Positions 37,663 to 51,390 of a stretch of DNA of 64,000 nt are shown piece after piece; position 1 is the first letter of the stretch, and each line of letters opens with the position of its first letter. Below the pieces are notes generated by a model, which worked only from the letters and a program-made list of their open reading frames with translations, had not been told where the DNA came from and did no database searches. Source of the stretch: Octopus sinensis (Eukaryota); the NCBI RefSeq assembly GCF_006345805.1, contig NC_043020.1, forward strand, positions 7,440,001 to 7,504,000, read 5' to 3'. The position numbers and the translations under genes were made by a program.

Positions 37663-38107
37663 TTCCCCTCTCTTTCTTTCTTTTACTTGTTTCTGTCATT
37701 TGACTGTGGCCATGCTGGATCACCGCTTTTAGTCGAGCAAATCGACCCCAGGACTTATTCTCTGTAAGCCTAGTACTTATTCTATCGGTCCTTTTTGCTG
37801 AACCGCTAAGATACGGGGACGTAAACACACCAGCATCGGTTGTCAAGCAATGCTAGGGGGACACACACAAACGCACACAAAACCGTCCAAGAGTGATCGT
37901 GCACATCTTTACATTTCCCCAGTCACCCTGCAAAGCCATTATAAAATAATAGAAATGACTTTTTTGTGAATTTTCTATCCAAAACCCAACCAAAATGCTC
38001 GAAACTTGATACGCCAATTGAATGCCAGCTAGCTGTATGTGATTGGTCGGAGATTTGGACAGTACTCGCATGTATGTGCACATGCACGCAACTGTATATG
38101 TATGCAC

Positions 38108-38144
38108 TAGCACTATGACCTGGCAACGCCGGGTCATAGTGCTA
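38108..38144. other. 17-bp-stem hairpin resembling a Helitron-type 3' terminus
   Basis: TAGCACTATGACCTGGC-AAC-GCCGGGTCATAGTGCTA. Confidence 0.5.
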
Positions 38145-38587
38145 TTATAATATATTTTCATTTTCCAAAGTGCAACAAAACTAACAGTTAGATGGAATAT
38201 AATATTTGTTTTTCGTATTCTTCCATTTTATTTATATTTGAAAAGTTTTCTTATACATTTTTTTTTAATTACAAAATCTTTGATCAGATCCTCACTATGA
38301 CGCCATGAACACTTCGAAATTATATTTCCGATTATATAAACCACTTGGAATACTATTTCAGCAGGGTTGAAGTGATTTCTTTTGTGCTGTAGACCATTTA
38401 CCATTTCTATGGTGCCCCACTTCTTTTCATGTCCTAAGCATGTACTTATTTTGCTTAAAGGTTAATCCAGTGCTGTGTGTGTGTGTGTGTGTGAATAGTT
38501 CTCAGTAAATGTTGTGTATAGATAGTGTTTATGAACTTTTTAACATTCTATCGAATATTTTGAAAGATAAAATGTCTGTCTCTTCAA

Positions 38588-38860
38588 CCCTTTTAAAACA
38601 ATACCATGGCTCTTTCAGAAGTATACCATGACCATTTTTAAAACTATACCATCATTCTTTTAAAAATATACCACATCCCTTTCAGATGTTTACTGCAGGT
38701 CTTTTAGGATCCTTTCAGAAGTATTCCACAACCCTTTTTAGGAATATACCACAGCCCTTTCAGGACTATTGCACAAATCTTATGAGAAGTATATCACATC
38801 CCTTTCAGATGTATACTGCAGCCCTTTCAGAAGTATTCCATAACCCTTTTTAGAATTATA
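38588..38860. repeat. ~22-bp minisatellite (about 12 diverged units, CCCTTTCAGAAGTATACCACAN)
   Basis: Repeated CCCTTT(C/T)AG...TATAC(C/T) units. Confidence 0.75.
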
Positions 38861-38953
38861 TGATGCTATGTAAATCAAGAAATGCTAGCATCGAGGCTCC
38901 CTCAGGAATTTGTTTATTTACTCTCTGTTTCGGTAAAGTTCATAAAATGCTAT

Positions 38954-39180
38954 TAATCCTTTAGTATTTAAACAGGCCATATCCAGCCCAAATATGCTTC
39001 CTGTTTTATGCTCTAACTAGTCAGATCCAACCTATTACACCTACCCTTCAATGCCATTCTAGAAATATACAATCTCATCATGAAAACTTTATAGCTACAA
39101 AATAAAGCATGATTAATTATAAACAATGTCAATAAAAATACATAACATTTGACAAAATAATCTGAATACGAAAGGGTTAA
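38954..39180. mobile_element. piggyBac-type MITE (TTAA-flanked)
   Basis: TTAATCCTTT ... GAAAGGGTTAA. Confidence 0.55.
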
Positions 39181-40590
39181 AGGTAAAAAAAAAAAGATAA
39201 AGACACCTCCTCAAGTCATGCACCAGTTACGGTTTCATGGTGTACATATTCCTCCCTTGGACGGAACACCAGTCCATTGCAGGATTACTCATTCTTGTCA
39301 GCTGAGTGGCCTGGAGTGAAATGAAGTGTTTTGCTCAAGAACACAATGCGTTGCCCAGTCCAGGAATTGATACCACAATCTTATACGATCATGAGTCCAA
39401 CAACCTAACCACTAAGCCACGCACCTCCACATAAAATGCAATTAGGGTTCAAGAAAAAGAACAGTCCAGATGAGCTAAAAATCTGTTCAATAAGGGTTTA
39501 CAAGATAGGAACAGGTTTGTGTGCCTTCAGAAAAGATGTCTAATGTCATTACATTAGTGAAGGGCCTGGAGAACCAAGGAAAAACCCTGAAAATGAATGA
39601 TGGACCCATTCCTCAAACAAAAAGAAGAAAACTAAAAGACTTGATTGCCCACAACCACTTGAAATTTGGAAGGAAATCTCCTTGGAGACCCCAAAATAAT
39701 CCTTTTTGCTATATAGTATTTCTTTCTAGGGCCCTGGTGCTAGGGACCTTTGTCATCAATTCTATTTCAATGAAAGGATCTCATTGGAGGTGTTACTGTT
39801 TGTCCTCCAGTGTGGTACATGGATTATCCCATTTTGTGAGTTATATTGTATTATGTTTTAATTGTGTTAATCTAATCTCCAATTAACCTGAAGAATTACC
39901 AACACACACTCAATGTCTCTCTCTCTCTCTCTGACATACTCTCACACAGACAAGAGAAAGAGAGTGACCTATATATATATGTATACAATTTCTACTCTAG
40001 GCACAATGCCTGAAATTTTGGAGAGGGGGGGGGCAGTCGATTAGATCAACCCCAGTATGCAACTGGTACTTAGTTTATCGACCCCAAAAGGATGAAAGGC
40101 AAAGTCAACCTCAGTGGAATTTGAACTCAGAACGTGAAGACAGATGAAATGGCGGTAAGCATTTCGCCTGGTGTGCTGACGTTTCTGCTAGCTCACCGCC
40201 TTGGCTCCTGTGCAGGTGGCACATAAAAAGCACCTGAATGGCCCTTATGTCAGTGGCACGTAAAAGCACCCACTACACTCTCGGAGTGGTTGGCGTTAGG
40301 AAGGGCATCCAGCTGTAGAAACTCTGCCAGATCAGATTGGAGTTTGGTGCAGCCATCTGGTTTGCCAGACCTCAGTCAAATCGTTGAACCCATGGAAAGC
40401 GGACATTAAACTATGATGATGATATATATCAGTGCAAGAATTGCTGTGTGGTAAGAAGCTGGCTTCCCAATCACATGGTTCCAGGTTCAGTTCCAGTGCG
40501 TGGCACCTTGAGCAAGTGTCCTCTGCTATAGCTTTAGTAGATTTGACAGACAGAAACTGAAAGAAGCCCACGGTATATACAATATATACA

Positions 40591-40624
<34 letters not shown>

Positions 40625-40906
40625 ATACGTATATATATATACAGTACATAGTATTGATAAGATAGGAGATGGAGTGTGTAATAGATTTTATTGAGCACAA
40701 CACATTTTGACCCATCATTCTGGGTGTCTTCGGATACAACAATAAAAAAGTCTCACTAGAGATTTCTTGGGTCAGCTTACATACCGCTATATGTCCATCA
40801 AATTCAAAAATGAGTAAAATCAAAGAAACTGGATAAAAACAGGTAACCTCACCTGTGCTGGTGCTTTACTCATCAGCTGTTTATACATTTTGTACAATTT
40901 TTCCAT

Positions 40907-40937
<31 letters not shown>

Positions 40938-41162
40938 CTTTGTGCCAGTGTTTGTACTCCTCCCCCCCCCCCGTTTGACAACTGGTGTGGGTGTGTTTAT
41001 GTCCCCGTAACTTTGCAGTTCAGTAAAAAGAGATTGATTGAATAAGTACCCAGGCTTAAAAGAGAGCAATAAGTTTTGGGATCAATTTAGTTGACTAAAG
41101 GTTCTCCAAGGCAGTGCTCCAGCATGGCCACAGTTTAATGACTGAAACAGATGAAAGATAAA

Positions 41163-41215
<53 letters not shown>

Positions 41216-42401
41216 CAGGGGTTGGACAAAATAATGGAAACACCTAGCATCATAGCATCATAATTTTGAAATATTTACAAAACTGTTAAAAGCTTGCTTG
41301 CTTTTATGTTTTTTGATTTATTATTAATGTTGCTTAATATGTTTTGCTAAAATTGCCGTTTCTTTTCAGATTTCATCAGAAAAAGGTAATTAAAATTCAT
41401 TAAAATGATGGATCTATCAGACTTTCAAAGTGGTCAAATTGTTGGTGCTTGTATGGCAGGTGCTAGCATAATGAAATGTTTGGTGTATCAAGAAGTACTG
41501 TCTCGAAAGTAATGACAGCCTTTGAGAGAGAAAAACCTTCTTGTCGAAACAAAATTCCAGAAAGAAACCAAAACTTTCAGATAGGGGACCGTCGGACTCT
41601 TATGCGAATTGTCCGAAAGGATCACAAAAGTACAGCTCCCAAAATTACTGCAGAGCTTAATGACCACCTCGAGAACCCAGTTTCCACAAAAACTGTTTGC
41701 TGGGAGCTGCACAAAGCCAGATTTCATGGGAGGGCTGCTATTAGAAAACCACAACTTTCAAAAACAAACATGGTCGCTAGAGCAGTGGAAGAATGTTATT
41801 TTCTCGGACGAGTCATCCTTTACCTTATTTCTGACCACCGGCTGAGTATACGTGTGGAGACAGCTAAAAGAAGCATTTGACCCAGACTGCCTTCTTCCAA
41901 CTGTTAAACATGGAGGAGGATCTGTGATGATCTGGGGTTCTATATCTTGGAAATCCACTAGCCCAATGGTTTCCCTTTATGGAAGAATTAATAGTCAAGA
42001 CTATTTAAGCATTTTATCTGATCAAATTCATTCTATGGTTGTGGAACTGTTTCTGGAGAGAAACGCAATCTTTCAGGATGATAAGGCACCAATTCACACA
42101 GCTAAAGTTGTTACTGAATGACACGAGGAACATTCCCCAGATCTCAATATTATTGATCATTTATGGTGCATTTTAGAAAAACAAGTAAGGAGTCGATATC
42201 CACCACCATCACCACTACAAGAACTGGAGACTGTTTTAGCTGAAGAATGGACAAAAATTCCTTTGGAAACAATTCAAACTTTGTATGAGTCCATACCTCA
42301 TAGAATTCAAGCTGTAATTACTGCGAAAGACGGTCCTACCCCATATTAAAATAAATTTATTTGAAATTTTAAGGGGTTTCCATTTTTTTGTCCAACCTCT
42401 G
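41216..42401 (+). mobile_element. Full-length decayed Tc1-family transposon; transposase pseudogene ~41405-42349
   Basis: TIRs CAGGGGTTGGACAAAATAATGGAAACACCT / AGGGGTTTCCATTTTTTTGTCCAACCTCTG within TA runs. Motifs FGVSRSTVSKV, WKNVIFSDES, TVKHGGGSVMIWG, FQDDKAPIH and SPDLNII(D)HLW are present, with frameshifts, stops and deletions. Confidence 0.95.
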
Positions 42402-43435
42402 TATATATAGTCTTTTATTCTTGTTTCAGTCATTTGACTGTGGCTATGCTGGAGCACCACATGGAAGGGTCTTAGTCAAACAAATCGACCTTAGGACTTT
42501 TTTTAAGCCTTGTACTTATTCTATCAGTCTCTTTTGCCAAACTGCTAAGTTACGGGGATGTAAACACAGAAACACCAGTTGTCAAGAAGTGATGGGGAAG
42601 GGGGACAAACACAAAGACACACACACACACACATAATAATAAACTCTTATTAACTTCAATATCTCCATTTTTTAAATTCTTTATTTACATGGCTATGAAG
42701 CATGGTTTATATATAAACCTATTTTTAAGGATATTAACCTCCCCCAAAATATATTAGATATTGAACCAGTATTTCCTTGGATGACACCATCCCTTTATCA
42801 GGCTATTGTAACCTCTATTTGAATTGTATACATATCTATATATACGATGGGCTTCTTTCAGTTTTCCGTCTACCAAATCCACTTGCAAGGCTTTGGTCAG
42901 TCCAAGGCTATAGTAGAAGACGCTTGCCCAATGTGCCCTGCAGTGGGACTGAACCCAGAATCTTGTGGTTGGGAAGCAAGCTTCTTACCACGCAGTCATA
43001 CTTTCCTGTAACTTGAAGGTATACCCTCACACAACTTTACCATCTCCTTTTCTCTTTTCCAACTGGGGTAACCAGCAAGAGACTTGTTCTGCCCCACTAT
43101 CATACTTCTAACCTCTCATTTATATACAAGGTATGGCATGGCAAAAAAACCCACCTTCCAGATTTTCCATTTTTGATAAAAGTTTCAAAAACAGGCACAA
43201 ATTATGCACCAGTGCAAATCATGATGACTGACAAAAAACAGTAAAACATTAGCTACAAGTGAACACAATTACTACCTGCCTAACTTTCTTGGTGCTGCAC
43301 CGGTGGCCAAGTGAAATATGGGAGGTATTTCTGCCTCATCCTCTCTCTATGGTCTGTATGTCTATATAGCTGTATGATTACGAAGATTGCTGCTCAACCA
43401 CATGGATTTGGGTTCAGTGTCACTGCTTGCATCTT

Positions 43436-43591
43436 CAGGGCCTGACCCAGGGTGGAGCCTGTGGGGCACATGCCCCATTCAAGAAAAGAAGTACACCCTT
43501 CTAAATAATGTTATTACGTCCTTTTTTCCTGGAATTGTATTCCCTTCTTACCTAATGCCCCCCCATTGAAAATTTCCTGGGATCGCACCTG
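43436..43591. mobile_element. hAT-like MITE
   Basis: Degenerate TIRs CAGGGCCTGACCCAGG ... CCTGGGATCGCACCTG. Confidence 0.45.
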
Positions 43592-43665
43592 ATCTTTGTA
43601 ATACTTCATTAAATTTCTTAACTTTACACAGTGTTTTTTATGATGGAATCACCTCTTCTTTAAAT

Positions 43666-43897
43666 CTATTTCTTTACTACCCACAAGGGGCTAAACATAG
43701 AGGGGACAAACAAGGACAGACAAACGGATTAACTTGATTATATCGACCCCAGTGCATAACTGGTACTTAATTTATCGACCTCGAATGGATGAAAGGTAAA
43801 GTCGACCTTGGCGGAATTTGATACTCAGAACGTAATGGCAGACGAATTACGGCTACGCATTTCGCCCGGCGTGCTAACGTTTCTGCCAGCTCGCCTC
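43666..43897 (-). mobile_element. SINE family B
   Basis: Reverse-complement copy. Confidence 0.88.
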
Positions 43898-44177
43898 TTC
43901 TTTAAATCGTTTATAGACATGATAAACTGTTGCTTTTGGAAGTTTCGTCAACTTAACAATTTTATTGGCAGTGTACCCGGTGCACACCAAAATGTACAAT
44001 TGCAGAATGATTCCGTTGTTCTATGACTTTGTGTTGTCAAATCAGTTCGCTGTTCACTTGCAAAATAAAGAGGAGGATTAGATTTTCAAGCAAGCAAGGT
44101 TTCGTCAAAAAAAATTAAAAAATGAAATGTCAAACTTTCTGTCAACTGCTTAAAATTGGTCTCAATAAATCTGCAAG

Positions 44178-44199
<22 letters not shown>

Positions 44200-44221
<22 letters not shown>

Positions 44222-47200
44222 TATATATAATATGTGACCGCGTGTGTATCGTTGGCGATTTTCTTTCTCCGTCTTCCCTTCCTTGGACCTTTCCTTTTTC
44301 TATGTTTCTGACGAAGAGCTCCGCTCGAAATGTTAAATCCTTCTTTTTTCTTTCCTTTCCTGAGCATCCAATAACACTATACTTGTTCCACGTCCTCGCG
44401 TTGTTGTGTTTTCTCTTTATTCATATTTGGATTAACTATATATATATATATATAATATACATATATATATATAATATACATATATATGGATGGGTATATA
44501 TTGTGTTCTAATTTGCATATCCGGCAACCCTGGTTGCCTCCCATGAAATATAAAAGGAACATTTTTCAATTTATCGTACTTCGATAAGAAAAATAATTGA
44601 CAATCTTCCATCTCAATAAACCACAATTGTCCTGAAAGTTGATTTTTCTATTTACTGTGGAATGCTTGAAGCTAACTTTCTCCCTACACTTCGATCCTTG
44701 GATCTTATATTTATTTATATATGTATATGCATTGGAACCTGGTGCAGCTCCCTGGCTTACCAGTTTTCAGTCAACTGTCCAATCCATGCCAGCATGGAAA
44801 ATGGACATTAATGATGATGATGATATATACACATGCATGGGTATTTTTACGGCAGTATATTGGATAAATGATATCCCATAGTGGGTTACAATCATAACCC
44901 CTATCTCACTTGTACTTATATGTATAATATATATATATAGTGAAGGCACATGGCTCAGTGGTTAGAGTTCAATTCCTGGACTGGGATGCGTGTTGTGTTC
45001 TTGAGCAAGTCACTTATTTCACATTGCTCAAGTTCACTCACCTGTAGAAATGAGTTGTGACATCACAGGTACCAAGCTGTATTGGCCCCTTTGCCTTTCC
45101 CTTTGATAACATTAGTGGTGTGGAGAGGAGAGGCCGTATGCATGGGCGACTGCTGGTCTTCCATAACAACCTTGCCAGAATTGTGCTTGGGAGGGTAACT
45201 TCCTAGGTGCAATCCTATGGTCAGTCATAACCGAAGGGGGTCTCAGCATGTACATATAAGTATATAATATATATAAATGCATACACACATATACATCATC
45301 ATCATCATCGTTTAACGTCCGCTTTCCATGCTAGCATGGTTGGACGGTTCAACTGGGGTCTGAGAAGCCCGAAGGCTGCGCCAGGCCCAGTCTGATCTGG
45401 CAGTGTTTCTACAGCTGGATGCCCTTCCTAACGCCAACCACTCCGTGAGTGTAGTGGGTGCTTTTTATGTGCCACCTGCACAGGTGCCAGACGAGGCTGG
45501 CAAACGGCCACGAACGGATGGTGCTTTTTACGTGCCACTGGCATGTGTATATATATATATTATATATATATATATGCATAAATATAAAGTTTTAAGTGTA
45601 CATATATATATGTACAGATATGCACGCACACACACACACAAACATTTATTCACGTGTGTGTGTGTGTGTGTTGGTCAATATTGTTGTAAACAACACTAAT
45701 GCTTCAACGTCAGCTATCAACTCCATCACCACCGTTGCCATCCTGACAACTGCCACAACAACCCATAACACCTACCACCTCCATCACTGCCGCCACCCTC
45801 ATGGCTATCATTCCCTCCCATACCGCTCACCTCCACTGCACCTCAACTATAACCCCCCTCCATTCCACCACCACCACCATCACCATTCACAACTTAATCC
45901 CTTGCCCATCCTTACACCTCACCGTTGATCACCTTTAATTATTATGTCTGCTTTGTGGAACGGAAATTAGTCTCACCTTAGTCAATAGCAGACAGAGTTA
46001 TTTTTATTGCCACCCTCCCTCCAGCCCACCCTCTCAATTTGTTTCTACCCTCCACTATACATTGTTTCTACAAGCATGTGTATTTACACACACACACACG
46101 TATATGTATGTAAACATGCACATATATATAATATATATATACACACACATATATATAATATGTGACCGCGTGTGTATCGTTGGCGATTTCTTTCTCCGTC
46201 TTCCCTTCCTTGGACCTTTCCTTTTTCTATGTTTCTGACGAAGAGCTCCGCTCGAAATGTTAAATCCTCTTTTTTCTTTCCTTTCCTGAGCATCCAATAA
46301 CACTATACTTGTTCCACGTCCTCGCGTTGTTGTGTTTTCTCTTTATTCATATTTGGATTAACTATATATATATATATATAATATACATATATATATATAT
46401 AATATACATATATATGGATGGGTATATATTGTGTTCTAATTTGCATATCCGGCAACCCTGGTTGCCTCCCATGAAATATAAAAGGAACATTTTTCAATTT
46501 ATCGTACTTCGATAAGAAAAATAATTGACAATCTTCCATCTCAATAAACCACAATTGTCCCTGAAAGTTGATTTTTCTATTTACTGTGGAATGCTTGAAG
46601 CTAACTTTCTCCCTACACTTCGATCCTTGGATCTTATATTTATTTATATATGTATATGCATTGGAACCTGGTGCAGCTCCCTGGCTTACCAGTTTTCAGT
46701 CAAACTGTCCAATCCATGCCAGCATGGAAAATGGACATTAAATGATGATGATGATATATACACATGCATGGGTATTTTACTGGCAGTATATTGGATAAAT
46801 GATATCCCATAGTGGGTTACAATCATAACCCCTATCTCACTTTGTACTTATATGTATAATATATATATATAGTGAAGGCACATGGCTCAGTGGTTAGAGT
46901 TCAATTCCTGGACTGGGATGCGTGTTGTGTTCTTGAGCAAGTCACTTTATTTCACATTGCTCAAGTTCACTCACCTGTAGAAATGAGTTGTGACATCACA
47001 GGTACCAAGCTGTATTGGCCCCTTTGCCTTTCCCTTGGATAACATTAGTGGTGTGGAGAGGAGAGGCCGGTATGCATGGGCGACTGCTGGTCTTCCATAA
47101 ACAACCTTGCCAGAATTGTGCTTGGGAGGGTAACTTCCTAGGTGCAATCCTATGGTCAGTCATAACCGAAGGGGGTCTCAGCATGTACATATAAGTATAT

Positions 47201-47478
47201 AATATATATAAATGCATACACACATATACATCATCATCATCATCGTTTAACGTCCGCTTTCCATGCTAGCATGGGTTGGACGGTTCAACTGGGGTCTGAG
47301 AAGCCCGAAGGCTGCGCCAGGCCCAGTCTGATCTGGCAGTGTTTCTACAGCTGGATGCCCTTCCTAACGCCAACCACTCCGTGAGTGTAGTGGGTGCTTT
47401 TTATGTGCCACCTGCACAGGTGCCAGACGAGGCTGGCAAACGGCCACGAACGGATGGTGCTTTTTACGTGCCACTGGC

Positions 47479-47510
<32 letters not shown>

Positions 47511-48057
47511 GCATAAATATAAAGTTTTAAGTGTACATATATATATGTACAGATATGCACGCACACACACACACAAACATTTATTCACGTGTGTGTGTGT
47601 GTGTGTTGGTCAATATTGTTGTAAACAACACTAATGCTTCAACGTCAGCTATCAACTCCATCACCACCGTTGCGATCCTGACAACTGCCACAACAACCCA
47701 TAACACCTACCACCTCCATCACTGCCGCCACCCTCATGGCTATCATTCCCTCCCATACCGCTCACCTCCACTGCACCTCAACTATAACCCCCCTCCCATT
47801 CCACCACCACCACCACCATCACCATTCACAACTTAATCCCTTGCCCATCCTTACACCTCACCGTTGATCACCTTTAATTATTATGTCTGCTTTGTGGAAC
47901 GGAAATTAGTCTCACCTTAGTCAATAGCAGACAGAGTTATTTTTATTGCCACCCTCCCTCCAGCCCACCCTCTCAATTTGTTTCTACCCTCCACTATACA
48001 TTGTTTCTACAAGCATGTGTATTTACACACACACACACGTATATGTATGTAAACATG

Positions 48058-48066
<9 letters not shown>
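44200..48066 (+). repeat. Tandem duplication, 2 x ~1.93 kb (44200-46130, 46131-48066)
   Basis: ATGTGACCGCG occurs at 44232 and 46160. The copies are near-identical and join within (TA)n. Confidence 0.95.
44304..44338 (+). ncRNA. Minimal hammerhead-like motif with canonical core (duplicate at 46231-46265)
   Basis: GUUU-CUGACGA-A-GAGC-ucc-GCUC-GAAA-UGUU-AAAU. Confidence 0.62.
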
Positions 48067-48092
<26 letters not shown>

Positions 48093-48499
48093 GTATGTAT
48101 ATACTTATGTATATACATATGCATATATATGTATATACATATATATGTATATACGTATGTATATACATATGCATATATATGTATATACATATGCATATAT
48201 ATGTCTATACGTCTATACATATGTATGTCTATACATATGTATATACGTATGTATATGTATATACATATGTATATACGTATGTATATACATATGCATATAT
48301 ATGTATATACATATGCATATATATGTCTATACGTCTATACATATGTATATACGTATGTATATGTATATACGTATGTATATGTATATACATATGTATATAC
48401 GTATGTATATACATATGCATATATATGTATATACGTATGTATATACATATGCATATATATGTATATATGTATTTTTATACATATGCATATATGCATATA

Positions 48500-48530
<31 letters not shown>

Positions 48531-48633
48531 GTATACGTATGTATATACATATGTATATATGCATATATATGTACATATATATATATATATACACACACAT
48601 ATGTATGTATATGTGCATGTGTGTGTATTTATG

Positions 48634-48687
<54 letters not shown>

Positions 48688-48750
48688 TGTATATGTGTGT
48701 ATATATATATGTGGGTGTAAATATATATATGCGTATGTGTGTATATATGC

Positions 48751-48788
<38 letters not shown>

Positions 48789-48820
48789 CTTTGTGTATGT
48801 ATATGTGTGTGTGTGTGCAT
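48060..48820. repeat. (TA)/(TATG)/(TG) compound microsatellite
   Basis: Directly visible. Confidence 0.95.
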
Positions 48821-49183
48821 GTTTTAATGTATACATAATCACACTTATGGCTTTGTATATTAGTGCGTTGTGATGACGACAAGCTGACAGGTGAATCAAT
48901 GCTCCCCATGTGGTACTGTCCCCATGTAGTAACATATGTTTAAGATGGTCTGCGTCGATGACGGCACAAGCACACCTCAACATGTACTTTTTGGAGTTGC
49001 ATATTTTTTCAACTTTTATCTTTTACTCTTTTCAGTCAGTCTGTTAATCTCTTTTGCCAAACCTCTAAGTTATGGGGGATGTAAACACACCAACACTGAT
49101 TGTCTAGCTGTGGTGGTGGTGGTGGTGGGGGACAAGCACAAACAGAAAGACGTACGTACATACACATAGATAGATCTACCAAT

Positions 49184-49544
49184 ACTCTTTTACTTGTTTC
49201 AGTCATTTGACTGCGGCCATGCTGGACCCCAGGACTTATTCTTTGTAAGCCCAGTACTTATTCTATCAGTCTCTTTTGCCGAACTGCTAAGTGACGGGGA
49301 CATAAACACACCAGCATCGGTTGTCAAGCAATGCTAGGGGGACAAACACACACACACATATACATATATACATACATATATACGACGGGCTTCTTTCAGT
49401 TTCCGCCTACCGAATCCACTCACAAGGCTTTGGTCGGCCCAAGGCTATAGTAGAAAACACTTGCCCAAGGTGCCACGCAGTGGGACTGAACCTGGAACCA
49501 TGTGGTTGGTAAACAAGCTACTACCACACAGCCACTCCTGTGCC

Positions 49545-49545
<1 letters not shown>
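49184..49545 (-). mobile_element. SINE family A
   Basis: Reverse-complement copy. Confidence 0.9.
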
Positions 49546-49641
<96 letters not shown>

Positions 49642-51299
49642 TGATGGGCTTCTTTCTGTTTCCATCTACCAAATCCACTCGCAAGGCTTTGGTCGGCCTG
49701 AGGCTATCGTAGAAGACACTTGTCAAAGGTACCATGCAGTGGGACTGAACCTGGAAACATGTGGTTGGGAAGCAAGCTTCTTACCACGCAGCTATGATTG
49801 ATAGTTTCTTTTAAGAAATTAATGGAAAGTTGAAAATATAAATTTGAACTTCAATCAATTTCTTCAATTTTGCCTGTTGGTTTCAGTAATCGCATTTAAA
49901 AGTGTATAAAAATTTAAAATCACCTAAAAACCAATACAGAATTGGAAGAAAAATCAATTGAAATACATGGGAAATTATGTACAAATGATTTATTGAAATA
50001 GATGTTAGAGAATATGGTTTTAGAAATGTCTTTTAGGTTACAGTTCTTTGAATCAATGAATGATGAAGGTTGAGGTAATCCTGTATGCGGAGAAATTGTT
50101 GTTGTTATGAGGTTATTATATGTAGATTATGTCCTGTTGTATGTGAAATAATAGTAACAATAATAATAATAATAATCTTTTCTACTCTAGGCACAAGGCC
50201 CGAAATTTTGGGGGAGGTGGGGGGGCCAGTCGATTAGATTGACCCCAGTATGCAACTGGTACTTAATTTATTGACCCTGAAAGGATGGATAATAAAGTTG
50301 AGCTTGGCGGAATTTTGTTTCCCAACCAGATAGTTCTAGGTTCTATTCTATTAGTCCCTTTTGCTGAATCGCTAAGTTATGGGGATGCAAACAAACCAAC
50401 ACCGGTTGTCAAGAAATAGTGACACACACACACACATGCATACACAGATGTATGCACACACATGTTCTCACATGCATACACGCTTACACATCTATGCATG
50501 CTTGCACATACGCTCTCACATGCATGCATGCACTACCACCACCACTATCAACACACATATAGGTACAGGCTTTGGGTTCAGTCCCACTGCACAGCACCAT
50601 GGGTAAGTGTCTCCTACAATAGCTCGCAGTCAACCAATTTCTTGTGAGTGATTTTCATTGATGGAAACTGAAAGAAGCTTATCGTTAGGAAGGGCATCCA
50701 TCTGCAGAAACCATACTAAAAACAACATGGGAGCCCAACACTGCCCTGCAGCTTGCCGGTTCCCTATCAAATTGTACAACCCATGCTAGTACCGAAAGTG
50801 GACATGATGATGATGGTGATGATGATTTTTTCAGCTTTTACTTGTTTCAGTCATTAGACTGTGGCCATGCTGGGGCACTTCCTTGAAGAATTTTTAGTCA
50901 AATGATTTGACCTCAGTACTTTTTATTTTTTTAAAGTCAATACTTATCAAACTCTTTTGCTGAACTGCTAAGTTACGGGGACATAAACACACCAACACTG
51001 ATTGTCATGTGGTGCTGCAGGAACAAACACATAAGTACACACACACACACACACAGAGTTTATAAATTAGAGACAGGTATTCTCTGTATAGAATAGACTT
51101 TGTCATGCTCAAGAGATTTCAACTTGAGCAGGTAGAGGAGTAAATGTAAGGACAAGCAAGTTAGGCAAGTCGATATACAAAAAATATTAGATACATTTAA
51201 TACTAAAAAATCTACATATGTTAACATTTAAAAAGTTTGGACTTATATGGAATAGAAATGATTTCAGGAATTAAAGAGGTTGAATAAGTGTTTTACAAG

Positions 51300-51390
51300 T
51301 CCAACAGCTGTTTCTAGGGGTTTGGTGGTCCAAAATAATGATTGTAAATTGATGCCATCATCAGATAATACCAGCTTCCATCTTCAGGGA
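51300..51390 (-). ncRNA. Type-I hammerhead-like motif with intact core and ~66-nt stem II domain
   Basis: UCC-CUGAAGA-UGG...CUA-GAAAC-AGCU-GUU-GGA, with palindromic stem III AACAGCUGUU. Confidence 0.6.

Noticed and set aside
39521-39886. 121-aa ORF as a downstream DCDC2 exon
   Set aside because: No DCX similarity and no phase-compatible splice sites identified.
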